Assembly (NCBI GenBank): GCA_964396965.1
Contig: CAYNGD010000001.1
Location: 67,596-131,595, forward strand
Origin: an uncultured Dehalococcoidales bacterium
GTDB lineage: Bacteria; Chloroflexota; Dehalococcoidia; Dehalococcoidales; BS750m-G39
Reading direction: 5' to 3'
DNA: 64,000 bases
In this document: piece after piece, positions 1 through 10,345 of the stretch
How positions within the stretch are numbered: position 1 is the first letter of the stretch
How the letters are laid out: each line of letters starts with the position of its first letter
Made by a program: the position numbers and the translations under genes
The notes under the pieces: generated by a model
The model's database searches: none
What the model saw: the letters and a program-made list of their open reading frames with translations, nothing else
Told to the model about the DNA's origin: nothing

Positions 1-1113
1 CTGTTTCTCAATCTCGCCGTAGCCCTTGTAGTTGAAGTCGATAGCCTCCCTGACCACATCGGCCGGGGCGGCCACCGGCTTAATCCTCATCCGGCTCAGC
101 GCCGAAAAGGCCTCCAGGGCAAAGATGTCGGTGGGGTCGGACATGGCCACCTCTAGGGTATTGCCGGATACCGCCAGCGGTATGGCACTGTACCTTCTGG
201 CCATAACCTCGGGGATTAACTGCAGTGCTTCCGGCTGGGGGGCATGCCTTAAATGCCTCTGCGCGGACTTGGCCACCGGAGCCTCCGGCTTTTCCGCCTT
301 TACCGGCTCATTCTTGGGCGGGGCCGGCTTTTCTTCCGGCGGGGCCGGTTCCTCTTCGGCAGGCAAGGCCCGGGGAGCCGGCTGGTGATTTAACTCAAAA
401 ACCTTTATCTGCTGGTGCTCAGCAAACTGCCTGGCTTCAGGGCTGAGCCGGGGCGAGACGACGATGACCTTTTCATCAATGCCTACCTCGTAGGCCTTGG
501 TGTCAAATACGGATACCGGATCCAGGCCCACCTCTTCCTCATCGCTGATGAAATCTATGCCCAGGCTGTGGCTGACCTGGTCGGTGTTGGTATAGGCTAA
601 TACATCAAAGTTATACTCTACGCCGGAACGGCCCCGAATCTTGGCCTGTTCCTCCACAGCGTAGCCCCGGTCAATGAGGGCCTCCACCAGCTGCTCTTTG
701 GTCTCAAATTTGAGAGGCTCCAGCGGCGTAGCTGGCGTCTGGCATTTCACCTCAAACATCGACTCAATCTGCTCTATGTCAATGACCTTTATCCGCTGCT
801 TCTGGGCCAGCTGCTTGGCCTCCGGGCTGATATCGGAGGCGACCAGGAGCCGGCTCTGGATACCGGTATCGTAGGCCTTGTTGGCGAAGCTGAAGATAGC
901 CTTTATCTCCTTCTCCCGCTCACCGCCGGCGATGATGCAGATGGCAATCCGGTAGGCGGTGAAGCCGTCATCCTTCTGGGCCAGCATATCAAAGGTATGC
1001 TCAATCCCGGACTTACCCATAAGCCTGGCGTTGTCGGTTATCTGGTAGCCCTGCTTTTCCAGGTAGTCTCTAACCTGGGACTTCAGCTCTAGGTCGCTCT
1101 CAACCTTACTCAT
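1..1113 (-). CDS. GspE/PilB-type secretion or type IV pilus ATPase, N-terminal part (gene runs off the window start)
   Basis: My own translation of the minus strand from ATG at 1113 (GGAGG 7 nt upstream) stays open to nt 1 (371 codons). It is absent from the ORF track because there is no stop in the window. It has two tandem ~120-aa modules, a Pro/Glu/Lys linker, then a T2SSE_N-like segment LIPEVMARRYSAIPLAVSGNTLEVAMSDPTDIFALEAF. Confidence 0.65.
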   Translation of the reverse strand, partial: MSKVESDLELKSQVRDYLEKQGYQITDNARLMGKSGIEHTFDMLAQKDDGFTAYRIAICIIAGGEREKEIKAIFSFANKAYDTGIQSRLLVASDISPEAKQLAQKQRIKVIDIEQIESMFEVKCQTPATPLEPLKFETKEQLVEALIDRGYAVEEQAKIRGRSGVEYNFDVLAYTNTDQVSHSLGIDFISDEEEVGLDPVSVFDTKAYEVGIDEKVIVVSPRLSPEARQFAEHQQIKVFELNHQPAPRALPAEEEPAPPEEKPAPPKNEPVKAEKPEAPVAKSAQRHLRHAPQPEALQLIPEVMARRYSAIPLAVSGNTLEVAMSDPTDIFALEAFSALSRMRIKPVAAPADVVREAIDFNYKGYGEIEKQ

Positions 1114-1235
1114 GTCACCGCCTCCGTCCCCGGCTGCTTCTGTCTCGACCAAACTTTCCACTCAAAATACCCTTCCCTTATCCTAATTTTTTGGAATTAA
1201 CCCCGCGTAGAACCAGCGTTTAAATCCGGTTAAAA

Positions 1236-1919
1236 TCACACCTTTACCACCGCCGGAATCCACCCGTTGCGCATGGCCAGGGCCACGGCATGAGCCCGGT
1301 CATTGGCATTCAGCTTGCGCAGGATAGAGCTGACGTGGTTCTTTATAGTCTGCTCGCTTATCTCCAGAATGTGGGCAATCTGCTTATTGGAGTTGCCCTG
1401 GGCGATATAGTTCAGTATCTGGGTCTCCCGGTAGGTAAGAGGGGCAGTTACCGTCTCCATGACCTTTCCCGCCGAGACTATGTCCCGGAACTGCCTCAGG
1501 ACATGCTCGGCGACGGTGGGCCTGGTGATGAGGCTGTCATTGATGGGGTATTCGCCAAGACAGGCCCGCCGGATAATACTGACCAGCTCTTCGATGGTGG
1601 TGTTTTTATTAAGGTAAGCTACGGCACCGGTCTTGATAACCTCAAATAGCTCATCATCGCTGGAGTTGGGGCTGAGAATTATTACCCTGCTGTTGGGATA
1701 GCGGCGGGTAATCTTCCGCCCCAGCTCTAGCCCGCTCAAGGCCGGAAAATTTATGTCAAGCAGGACAACATCCGGAGACTCGGCTTCAATGGTATCCATG
1801 GTCTCATCATTAGGGGCACCCTCCAGCACCCTGAACCCGGACTGCTCCGATAGCGCCTGCCGGACGCCATAACGAAAAAATGCCTGCTTGTCAATTATCA
1901 TTACCGTAATATCGTTCAT
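1236..1919 (-). CDS. Response regulator, receiver domain plus LuxR/NarL-type HTH
   Basis: 227-aa ORF with an N-terminal receiver (DVVLLDINFP) and a C-terminal LuxR HTH (LTYRETQILNYIAQGNSNKQIAHILEISEQTIKNHVSSILRKL). Confidence 0.9.
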   Translation of the reverse strand: MNDITVMIIDKQAFFRYGVRQALSEQSGFRVLEGAPNDETMDTIEAESPDVVLLDINFPALSGLELGRKITRRYPNSRVIILSPNSSDDELFEVIKTGAVAYLNKNTTIEELVSIIRRACLGEYPINDSLITRPTVAEHVLRQFRDIVSAGKVMETVTAPLTYRETQILNYIAQGNSNKQIAHILEISEQTIKNHVSSILRKLNANDRAHAVALAMRNGWIPAVVKV

Positions 1920-2155
1920 CCGGACACCCCCTCACCATACTCACTAATCTTTTTCCCACCGTTGTTATGCTGCTCAGCCAGGAAGGTGGAAACATCCTCC
2001 GACCGGAACCTCCGGTCACCCCTGGAACCGATGCGATAGGTCTTTATTACCCCCTGATTGCTCCACCGCCTCACCGTATTTATATGCACATTGAGGAGGC
2101 GGGCGACATCGCTGGTGGTCAGCATGGGGTCAATATTACGACTGTCATTTGCCAT
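1916..2155 (-). CDS. MerR/excisionase-type helix-turn-helix DNA-binding protein
   Basis: 79 aa containing LTTSDVARLLNVHINTVRRWSNQGVIKTYRIGSRGDRRF. Its stop overlaps the response-regulator start in an ATGA junction (1916-1919), which suggests translational coupling. Confidence 0.75.
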   Translation of the reverse strand: MANDSRNIDPMLTTSDVARLLNVHINTVRRWSNQGVIKTYRIGSRGDRRFRSEDVSTFLAEQHNNGGKKISEYGEGVSG

Positions 2156-2325
2156 AGCTTGTTCCTCTCCTGAACTATCTAAACCTTACCTCTTACTACT
2201 GTAAATTATCTTACTTCTCGTAACAATCACCCAAAAGGGCTAGCCAAAGGTAGCAATTGGTCATAGTACTTTTGAACTAGAGTGAAAGAGATGGGCAAAT
2301 GAGTGTGGGAGTTTAAGCCAGCTGG

Positions 2326-3909
2326 CTAGCGCTTGCGCCTTTTGTACATCCAGAAGACCAGGCCCACCAGCACCAGGGCAGCCAGGCCGTAAAGGATGTA
2401 CCAGACCCCGGCGGCCATGGCCGTCCTGGAAAAGCCGACGTAGAATAACCCCACCGTTGACCACTCGCTCTCGTTTGAGGCGCCGTCCACCGCCCTTACC
2501 CGCCAGTAGTAGGCTTTCTGACCGGCTGGAGCCAGCTTTTCCTCTTCGGTCAGGGTATATTCCGAGAGGGGCAGGCCCTGTTTATCCACCAATATGTTGG
2601 TGAAATCAACGTCCGAGGCAACCTGAAGGGTATAGCTCACCCTGCTGGGGTCGGTGACATCGCTCCAATCAAAGCGTGCCTTCTCCTCGGCGGTGCCGGC
2701 GGCCTCCGGTACTTTAAGCACCGGCACCGGCGGCGGCGCTGACTCCATGATGAAGGTGGTGGTGGCGGTGATGTTCCCATCGGTGGCTGTTATAAGGTGG
2801 CTTCCCGCGGTGCTGGGGGGTACGGTAAAGTGAGTGGTGAAATTGCCGTCAGCGTCGGCAGTGGCGCTGGTCTGAGATATAACCTCGTCACCTTCATGAT
2901 AACTGATGTTAACGGCGGCCCCGCTGGCAAAGCCATCGCCGTAGATAGTAATCTCCATGCCGACATTTCCGGGGGAGTCAGGGGTGGTAAGCGGCCCCAG
3001 CCGGATGCTGCCCAGCACCGTCAGCTGGGCCTCCGCCTTATTTAAGGCCAGGTCGGTGGCCTCTACATCTATAATGGGGTTCTCGTAGAGGGGGGCGGCA
3101 AAAACACAGTTAAAGCTACCCTGAAGGTCGGTCTCCAGGTAATTAGGGGTGGTCTCAAATCTATTGCCGTCAAGGGTAAGCTTGATGGAAAGCTCGGCCC
3201 CAAAGCCGGTGCCGATAACCTGCACCGTTTTTCCCCCTGTCTGCTGGGCCGGGACCAGGGTTATCTTCGGCTTAACGGTGAATATCGCCTCGGGCTTATC
3301 GCCCGACTGGTCAGCCACCACCACGACGTGCTCACCGATAACGCCATCGGGAATAACCACGGTGCAGCTGAATTTACCCTCGCCGTCAGTCACCGTGTCC
3401 CCGCCGGCTATGTCAATTTTATCATCCCCGTACTTAACGGTGATTGCCTGCCCCGGACCGAGGTCGTCTCCGCTAATCACGACCTCGTCGCCCACCGAGC
3501 CCTCCTCCGGCTCAAGCTGGATTTCACCCTTGATTACGGTAAAGGTGGCCACCGCCACTATCTCCTTGCTGGCACTGGCGGCGTAAAGATAATACTCCCC
3601 GCCGTGCACATCCTCCTTATGGGTACCGTCTTCAAGCCTCTCCGGCACCTTGAAGGTATCGATGGTTATCTGCAGATAGGCCCTGACCTGGTTGCCGATT
3701 TTGTCACCCACTTTGGCTTTATCGCTGGAGAAATAGAAGCGCGCCGACACATCACCCGAATAGCTAATATTAACCCAGTCCCCGATCTTCCCCTCCTTAG
3801 GGGTAAGGCTGAGGGACGCCGCCGCCACCGTAGCCGCGGCCAAGGTCGATAGCAACAGGGCAAGAATAATGCCTAGTGCCAGCAGGCGACAGAGCTCTCT
3901 ATACCTCAT
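2326..3909 (-). CDS. Secreted, C-terminally membrane-anchored surface protein with TIG/IPT-like repeats and an FN3-like domain
   Basis: I trimmed the track ORF to the ATG at 3909, preceded by GGAGGT (revcomp of acctcc at 3914-3919). Signal peptide MRYRELCRLLALGIILALLLSTLAAATVAAA, repeated Ig-like beta modules, FN3-like YYWRVRAVDGASNESEWS, and a C-terminal TM helix plus KRRKR. Confidence 0.8.
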   Translation of the reverse strand: MRYRELCRLLALGIILALLLSTLAAATVAAASLSLTPKEGKIGDWVNISYSGDVSARFYFSSDKAKVGDKIGNQVRAYLQITIDTFKVPERLEDGTHKEDVHGGEYYLYAASASKEIVAVATFTVIKGEIQLEPEEGSVGDEVVISGDDLGPGQAITVKYGDDKIDIAGGDTVTDGEGKFSCTVVIPDGVIGEHVVVVADQSGDKPEAIFTVKPKITLVPAQQTGGKTVQVIGTGFGAELSIKLTLDGNRFETTPNYLETDLQGSFNCVFAAPLYENPIIDVEATDLALNKAEAQLTVLGSIRLGPLTTPDSPGNVGMEITIYGDGFASGAAVNISYHEGDEVISQTSATADADGNFTTHFTVPPSTAGSHLITATDGNITATTTFIMESAPPPVPVLKVPEAAGTAEEKARFDWSDVTDPSRVSYTLQVASDVDFTNILVDKQGLPLSEYTLTEEEKLAPAGQKAYYWRVRAVDGASNESEWSTVGLFYVGFSRTAMAAGVWYILYGLAALVLVGLVFWMYKRRKR

Positions 3910-4003
3910 CTTACCTCCAATAATATGTTCCAAAATGACTCCTGTCAATCACACTTTTTTCCTAGATTGTCCCGGTGGTCGGCAGATTTTTATCGGCTCC
4001 GAC

Positions 4004-4016
4004 TATGTGCTATACT
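4004..4016 (+). promoter_or_regulatory. Candidate extended -10 promoter (TGtGcTATACT) giving a very short-leader tsaC mRNA
   Basis: TATACT at 4011-4016 with TGTGC just upstream. The ATG of tsaC lies 14 nt after the -10 box and there is no Shine-Dalgarno sequence in between. The -35 is weak. Confidence 0.35.
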
Positions 4017-4030
4017 GTGTTTCAAGAGTA

Positions 4031-4669
4031 ATGGAGATGAAAAATCTGACTACTTCCATCCAGAAGCAGGTGGAGCAGGCCATCATCATCCTGAAACAGG
4101 GGGGCATCGTCGCCTGCCCCACCGATACCGTCTACGGAGTGGGCGCCGCCATCTACATTGAGTCGGCGGTGGAGAGGGTCTACCAGATAAAGGGGCGGCC
4201 GCGCAGCCGGCCGCTGCCCATCCTGCTGGCCGAGAAATACCAGATGACCGAAGTAGCCAAAATCGTGCCGCCGCTGGCCCGGCGCCTGGCCGACCGGTTT
4301 TTCCCCGGCGCCCTGACCATAGTGCTGCCCAAGGCCGACTCTGTCCCCGATATCGTCACCGGCGGGCGCAAGACCATCGCCCTAAGAATCGCTGACCACC
4401 CCATACCCACCGCTGTCGTCAAGGGGCTGGGGATTCCCATCGTTGGCACCAGCGCCAACCTAAGCGGAAACCCGAGCGCCCTCACCGCCGAGGAGGTGCG
4501 TGCCCAGCTCGGCGACAAGGTGGATATGATTATCGAAGGCGGACGCTGCCCCGGCGGGCGGGAATCGACCATCATCGACCTGAGCGGGGAGAGCCCGAGG
4601 ATTCTGCGCTCGGGGCCGATATCAATGGAAGAACTTAAGGAGATATGCTCCAGCCTGGTTATGGCCTGA
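4031..4669 (+). CDS. tsaC: L-threonylcarbamoyladenylate synthase (YrdC/YwlC/Sua5 family)
   Basis: I trimmed the track ORF to the ATG at 4031 (MEMKNL...). YrdC signature QGGIVACPTDTVYGVGA and GTSANLSG. Confidence 0.85.
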   Translation: MEMKNLTTSIQKQVEQAIIILKQGGIVACPTDTVYGVGAAIYIESAVERVYQIKGRPRSRPLPILLAEKYQMTEVAKIVPPLARRLADRFFPGALTIVLPKADSVPDIVTGGRKTIALRIADHPIPTAVVKGLGIPIVGTSANLSGNPSALTAEEVRAQLGDKVDMIIEGGRCPGGRESTIIDLSGESPRILRSGPISMEELKEICSSLVMA

Positions 4670-4675
4670 AGGAGA

Positions 4676-5125
4676 ATGGAGATGCGCGTTGCCATCGGCG
4701 CCGACCACCGTGGGGTGGAGCTGAAAAAAACGGTCATCAGCCTGCTTGAGGCCGCCGGATACGAGTACGAGGACTTCGGCAGCTACGGCACCGAGTCGGT
4801 GGACTTCCCCGATTTCGCTATAAAGGTGGCCAACGGGGTGGCCCGGGGTGACTTTGAACGCGGCATTTTAATCTGCGATACTGGCATCGGCATGTGCATC
4901 GCCGCCAACAAGGTGAAGGGAATCAGGGCCGCCCTCTGCTATAACGTCTTCAACGCCCGGCGCGCCCGCCAGCACAACAACGCCAACATCCTCTGCCTGG
5001 GGGCCGGCGAGGGAGAGCTGCAGGACCCGGTAGCCGAAATCGTTAACGCCTTCCTCACCACCGAGTTTGAGGGGGGGCGGCACCAGCGCCGCATCGACAA
5101 GATAACGGCCATGGAGGGCCAGTAG
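4676..5125 (+). CDS. rpiB: Ribose-5-phosphate isomerase B (RpiB/LacAB family)
   Basis: 149 aa. MRVAIGADHRGVELKK..., CDTGIGMCIAANK, NANILCLG are typical of RpiB. Confidence 0.9.
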   Translation: MEMRVAIGADHRGVELKKTVISLLEAAGYEYEDFGSYGTESVDFPDFAIKVANGVARGDFERGILICDTGIGMCIAANKVKGIRAALCYNVFNARRARQHNNANILCLGAGEGELQDPVAEIVNAFLTTEFEGGRHQRRIDKITAMEGQ

Positions 5126-5146
5126 CTACCCCTCAAGGAGGGAAAG

Positions 5147-5175
5147 TTGACAATAAATGGGAACTGTGCTATCTT
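5147..5175 (+). promoter_or_regulatory. Sigma-70-type promoter of the ilv-leu operon
   Basis: TTGACA (5147-5152), a 17-nt spacer, then TATCTT (5170-5175). Confidence 0.6.
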
Positions 5176-5183
5176 ATCTGGTA

Positions 5184-5237
5184 ATGAAAACTCAGAATCT
5201 GGTTCTGGTACTTATTGTTATGAAGCAAAGCCCGTGA
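5184..5237 (+). CDS. Putative ilv-leu leader peptide, 17 aa (MKTQNLVLVLIVMKQSP)
   Basis: Too short for the ORF track. Seven consecutive Leu/Val/Ile codons lie at 5199-5219. The ORF sits between the promoter and an intrinsic terminator just upstream of ilvD. It has no SD, and the ATG lies about 8 nt after the -10 box, so it would be leaderless or nearly so. Confidence 0.5.
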   Translation: MKTQNLVLVLIVMKQSP

Positions 5238-5259
5238 GTGGGGTTTAGCTGCAACGTGA

Positions 5260-5285
5260 GCCGTCCCCACGGGACGGCTTTTTTT
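5260..5285 (+). terminator. Intrinsic terminator/attenuator in the ilvD leader
   Basis: GCCGTCCC-CAC-GGGACGGC (8-bp GC-rich stem) followed by seven T (5279-5285), 25 nt before the ilvD start. Confidence 0.8.
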
Positions 5286-5310
5286 ATAATAAATATAAAT
5301 AGGGGAAAAT

Positions 5311-6978
5311 ATGAAAAGCGACGCTGTCAAAAGAGGTATAGAGCGGGCACCGCACCGGGCTTTGCTGCACGCCCTGGGCTGGAGCCGGGACGATATCGAT
5401 AAGCCGCTCATCGGGGTCATCAACAGCTTTACCGAGATTGTCCCCGGCCACATGCACCTGCCCCAGATTGCCCAGGCGGTCAAGGCCGGGGTGCGGAGCG
5501 GCGGCGGCGTCCCCTTCGAGGTCAACACCATCGCCGTCTGCGACGGCATCGCCATGAACCACCCCGGCATGAAGTACAGCCTGCCCAGCCGTGAGCTCAT
5601 CGCCGATTCGGCGGAGATAATGGCCGAGGCCCACGCCTTCGACGCCCTGGTCTTTATCCCCAACTGCGATAAGATAATCCCGGGGATGCTGATGGCGGCG
5701 GTGAGGCTGAACCTGCCGGCCATCTTCGTCAGCGGCGGCCCGATGCTGGCCGGGCGCCGGGAGGTCGGCGGCAGGACCGAAGCGATTGACCTAAACACCG
5801 TCTTCGAGGCGGTGGGTAGTGTGGCCGCCAGCAAAATGAAGCCGGAGGAGTTGGATGAGCTGGAGGCGCTGGCCTGCCCCGGCTGCGGCAGCTGCGCCGG
5901 TATGTTCACCGCCAACACCATGAACTGCCTGACCGAAGCCCTGGGCATGGGGCTGGCCGGCAACGGAACAATACCGGCGGTGGATGCCCGGCGGCTAGAG
6001 CTGGCCAGGAAGGCCGGAGAGCAGGTGATGAGGCTGCTGGCCGATAACATACGCCCCAGGGATATTATAACCGGGGAGGCTATTTATAACGCCTTCGCCG
6101 TGGATATGGCGCTGGGGGGGAGCACCAACTCCGTCCTGCACCTGATGGCCATCGCCAGCGAGGCCGGGGTCGATTTCCCGCTGACCAAAGTAAACGAGAT
6201 AAGCCAGCGCACCCCTCATCTATCTAAGTTGAGGCCTTCCGGCGACTATCATATCGAGGATTTGGACCGCGCCGGCGGAATACCAGCGGTAATGAAGGAA
6301 TTAAAAACGCTGCTGAATTTAAAGGTAAAAACCGTTTCGGGGAAGGCATTGGGCGAGGTTATCGCCGCCGCCCGAAATACCGATGAAGAGGTCATCCGCC
6401 CCTTTGACCGGCCTCACTCCCCTACCGGCGGCCTGGCTATCCTTTTCGGCAACCTGGCGCCGGAGGGAGCGGTGGTGAAAAAAGCGGCAGTCGCCCCGGA
6501 GATGATGTCCCACCGGGGCAAGGCGCGGGTCTTTGATTCCGAGGAAGAGACCACCAGGGCCATTATGGCTAAAAAGATAAAGGCGGGTGAGGTGGTGGTC
6601 ATCCGCTACGAGGGGCCCAAAGGGGGGCCGGGGATGAGGGAGATGCTCACCCCCACCTCGCTGCTCAGCGGGATGGGTATGGACAAAGAGGTGGCCCTGA
6701 TTACCGACGGGCGTTTCTCGGGGGCGACGCGGGGGGCGGCCATCGGCCATGTCTCCCCCGAAGCCGCCAGCCGAGGGCCCATCGCCGCCCTGAAAGACGG
6801 TGATATAATCAGGATTGATATTGAAAATTGCAAGCTCGACGCTGAGCTTTCTGATAAAGAGATAAGCGAGCGCCTAAAGCTACTGGCCGAGTTCGAGCCC
6901 AGGGTCAAGACGGGCTATCTCAAGCGCTACGCCGAGAAGGTGACCTCGGCCAGCACCGGCGCCGTGTTCACTAGATAG
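5311..6978 (+). CDS. ilvD: Dihydroxy-acid dehydratase
   Basis: 555 aa. IlvD signatures [45 protein letters not shown]. Confidence 0.97.
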   Translation: MKSDAVKRGIERAPHRALLHALGWSRDDIDKPLIGVINSFTEIVPGHMHLPQIAQAVKAGVRSGGGVPFEVNTIAVCDGIAMNHPGMKYSLPSRELIADSAEIMAEAHAFDALVFIPNCDKIIPGMLMAAVRLNLPAIFVSGGPMLAGRREVGGRTEAIDLNTVFEAVGSVAASKMKPEELDELEALACPGCGSCAGMFTANTMNCLTEALGMGLAGNGTIPAVDARRLELARKAGEQVMRLLADNIRPRDIITGEAIYNAFAVDMALGGSTNSVLHLMAIASEAGVDFPLTKVNEISQRTPHLSKLRPSGDYHIEDLDRAGGIPAVMKELKTLLNLKVKTVSGKALGEVIAAARNTDEEVIRPFDRPHSPTGGLAILFGNLAPEGAVVKKAAVAPEMMSHRGKARVFDSEEETTRAIMAKKIKAGEVVVIRYEGPKGGPGMREMLTPTSLLSGMGMDKEVALITDGRFSGATRGAAIGHVSPEAASRGPIAALKDGDIIRIDIENCKLDAELSDKEISERLKLLAEFEPRVKTGYLKRYAEKVTSASTGAVFTR

Positions 6979-6988
6979 GGGGGTTACC

Positions 6989-8719
6989 ATGAAGTTGACC
7001 GGGTCTCAGATGATAGGCGAAAGCCTGGTAAGGGAGGGGGTGGAGGTTATCTTCGGCATACTGGGCGGGGCCATCCTGCCCCTGTATGACGTCCTCCCCC
7101 AGTACCCCCAGCTACGCCACATACTGGTGCGCCACGAGCAGGGGGCGGCCCACGCCGCCGACGGCTACGCCCGGGCTACCGGTAAGGTCGGCGTGTGCTT
7201 CGCCACCTCCGGCCCGGGGGCGACCAATCTGGTAACCGGCATCGCCAACGCCTGCCTGGACTCAGTGCCCATGGTAGCCATAACCGGACAGGTAGCCCGC
7301 CCCTTTATCGGCAAGGACGCCTTCCAGGAGGTGGATATCACCGGTATCACCCTGCCCATCACCAAACACAACTACCTGGTGATGGAGGCAGCCTCAATAC
7401 CGGAGGTAGTCAAGGAGGCCTTTCACCTGGCCCGGACGGGGCGGCCGGGGCCGGTGCTCATCGACCTGCCCCGCGACGTCCAGATAGAGCAGGCCGAGTT
7501 CAACTACCCGAGCAAGCCTAACCTGCCCAGCTACAAGCCGACCTTAAAGGGGCACCCCGCCCAGATAAAGAAGGCGGCCAGGCTGATAAACGAGGCCAAG
7601 AAACCGGTGATTATCGCCGGGAGGGGGGTTACTATCTCTAAAGCCTATGACGAGCTGAAAGAGCTGGTGGAGAAGGCCCAGATACCGCTGATTACCACCC
7701 TGCTGGGCATCAGCTGCTTCCCCGAGTCACATGTTTTGAGCTACGGGATGCTGGGGATGCACGGCATGGCCTACGCCAACATGGCCGTTGACGCCTCCGA
7801 CCTGATTATCGCTATTGGGATGAGGTTCGATGACCGGGCTACCGCCAAGGTGAGTGATTTCGCTCCTCACGCCCACGTTATCCATATTGACATCGACCCC
7901 GCCGAAATCGGCAAAAACGTGCGCGTTGACGTGCCCATCGTCGGTGACGTCAAGTACGTCCTTAAAGATTTGAATAAAGAGGTCGAATCGGCCAGGCATA
8001 TCGAATGGGTAAGGCAGCTCGATGACTGGCACCGGGAGCACCCGTCAACCACCATTCGGGACAGCCAGAGCCTGCTGCCCCAGTACGTGGTGCGCTCGAT
8101 TTACGAGGTGACCAGAGGTGATGCCACCATCGTCACCGGGGTGGGACAGCACCAGATGTGGGCTGCCCAGCATTACTGGTACGATAAACCAAACACGTTT
8201 ATATCGTCGGGGGGTCTGGGGACGATGGGCTTCGGCCTGCCAGCGGCCATCGGGGCTAAAGTTGGCTGTCCCGACAGCACCGTCTGGTGCATCGACGGCG
8301 ACGGCAGCCTCCAGATGACAATACAGGAGCTGGCCACCGCCGTCCAGGAAAAGGTGGCGGTCAAGATAGCCGTCCTCCACAACACCTACCTGGGAATGGT
8401 AAGGCAGTGGCAGGAGCTTTTCTACGGGAAGAGATACGTGGCCACACCGCTATCCAGCCCGGACTTCGTCAAGATTGCCGATGCCTACGGCATTGCCGGG
8501 CTGAGGGTGAAACACCGGGAAGAGGTGATGCCCGCCCTTGAGAAGGCAATGGCCGAGCCGGGGCCCTTCCTGATTGACTTCATCGTCGAACCGGAGGAGA
8601 ATGTCTATCCGATGGTGCCGCCGGGGGCGTCCCTGGCCGAAGTCATCGAGGAACCGAAAAAGAGGGCCAGGCCCAGAGCGATTAAGGACTCGGACAAGCT
8701 ACCGGTGAGCAATATCTAA
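6989..8719 (+). CDS. ilvB: Acetolactate synthase large (catalytic) subunit
   Basis: 576 aa. TPP-enzyme motifs FGILGGAILPLYD, GVCFATSGPGATNLVTGIA, GLGTMGFGLPAAIGAK, IDGDGSLQM. Confidence 0.95.
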   Translation: MKLTGSQMIGESLVREGVEVIFGILGGAILPLYDVLPQYPQLRHILVRHEQGAAHAADGYARATGKVGVCFATSGPGATNLVTGIANACLDSVPMVAITGQVARPFIGKDAFQEVDITGITLPITKHNYLVMEAASIPEVVKEAFHLARTGRPGPVLIDLPRDVQIEQAEFNYPSKPNLPSYKPTLKGHPAQIKKAARLINEAKKPVIIAGRGVTISKAYDELKELVEKAQIPLITTLLGISCFPESHVLSYGMLGMHGMAYANMAVDASDLIIAIGMRFDDRATAKVSDFAPHAHVIHIDIDPAEIGKNVRVDVPIVGDVKYVLKDLNKEVESARHIEWVRQLDDWHREHPSTTIRDSQSLLPQYVVRSIYEVTRGDATIVTGVGQHQMWAAQHYWYDKPNTFISSGGLGTMGFGLPAAIGAKVGCPDSTVWCIDGDGSLQMTIQELATAVQEKVAVKIAVLHNTYLGMVRQWQELFYGKRYVATPLSSPDFVKIADAYGIAGLRVKHREEVMPALEKAMAEPGPFLIDFIVEPEENVYPMVPPGASLAEVIEEPKKRARPRAIKDSDKLPVSNI

Positions 8720-8739
8720 GCCGGAAAGAGAGGTGCAAT

Positions 8740-9291
8740 ATGCCCAAACATATCATCGTCGCACTGGTAGAGGACAGGCCGGGGGTGCTCAACCACATGG
8801 CCAGCCTTTTCCGCCGGCGGGGCTTCAATATCGAGAGCATCGCCGTGGGACACAGCGAATCGCCCCACCTGTCGCGGATGACTCTGGTCGTCAACGGGGC
8901 CAACACCATGGTGGAGCAGGTCAGGAAGCAGCTGGACAAGCTGATAGATGTGGTCAAGGTCTCCGATATCACCGGCGAAAAGACGATTATCCGGGAACTG
9001 GCCCTGATTAAGGTAAAGGCCACCTCGGTTACCCGAAGCGAGATTTTGCAGATTGTGGATATCTTCCGGGCGAATATAGTCGATGTCGCCGCCGATTCGG
9101 TGACCATCGAGGTCACCGGCGACGATGCTAAAATAGAATCCCTGCTCGACCTGCTGCGCGGTTTCGGCCTCAGGGAGCTGGCCCGGACGGGGCGCATCGC
9201 CCTGACCCGGGGCGAGACCAGCCCGCTGCCGGTAATAAAGCCGCCCCGGGCCAAGGGGCAGAAAGCAACTAATAAAACTAATAATAAATAG
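8740..9291 (+). CDS. ilvN: Acetolactate synthase small (regulatory) subunit
   Basis: 183 aa. ACT-domain start [34 protein letters not shown], located immediately after ilvB. Confidence 0.9.
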   Translation: MPKHIIVALVEDRPGVLNHMASLFRRRGFNIESIAVGHSESPHLSRMTLVVNGANTMVEQVRKQLDKLIDVVKVSDITGEKTIIRELALIKVKATSVTRSEILQIVDIFRANIVDVAADSVTIEVTGDDAKIESLLDLLRGFGLRELARTGRIALTRGETSPLPVIKPPRAKGQKATNKTNNK

Positions 9292-9304
9292 AAGGAGTAA
9301 AACG

Positions 9305-10300
<996 letters not shown>

Positions 10301-10345
10301 AGCACGGGTAGTTAGACAGGCAAAACTCTTTAAGTTAGAGAATTT

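Noticed and set aside
5169-6050. 293-aa minus-strand ORF overlapping the ilvD leader and the 5' part of ilvD.
   Set aside because: It is antisense to an unmistakable ilvD. Its Ser/Ala/Pro/Arg-rich low-complexity translation is typical of spurious antisense ORFs in high-GC DNA, and it would run through the promoter and terminator.
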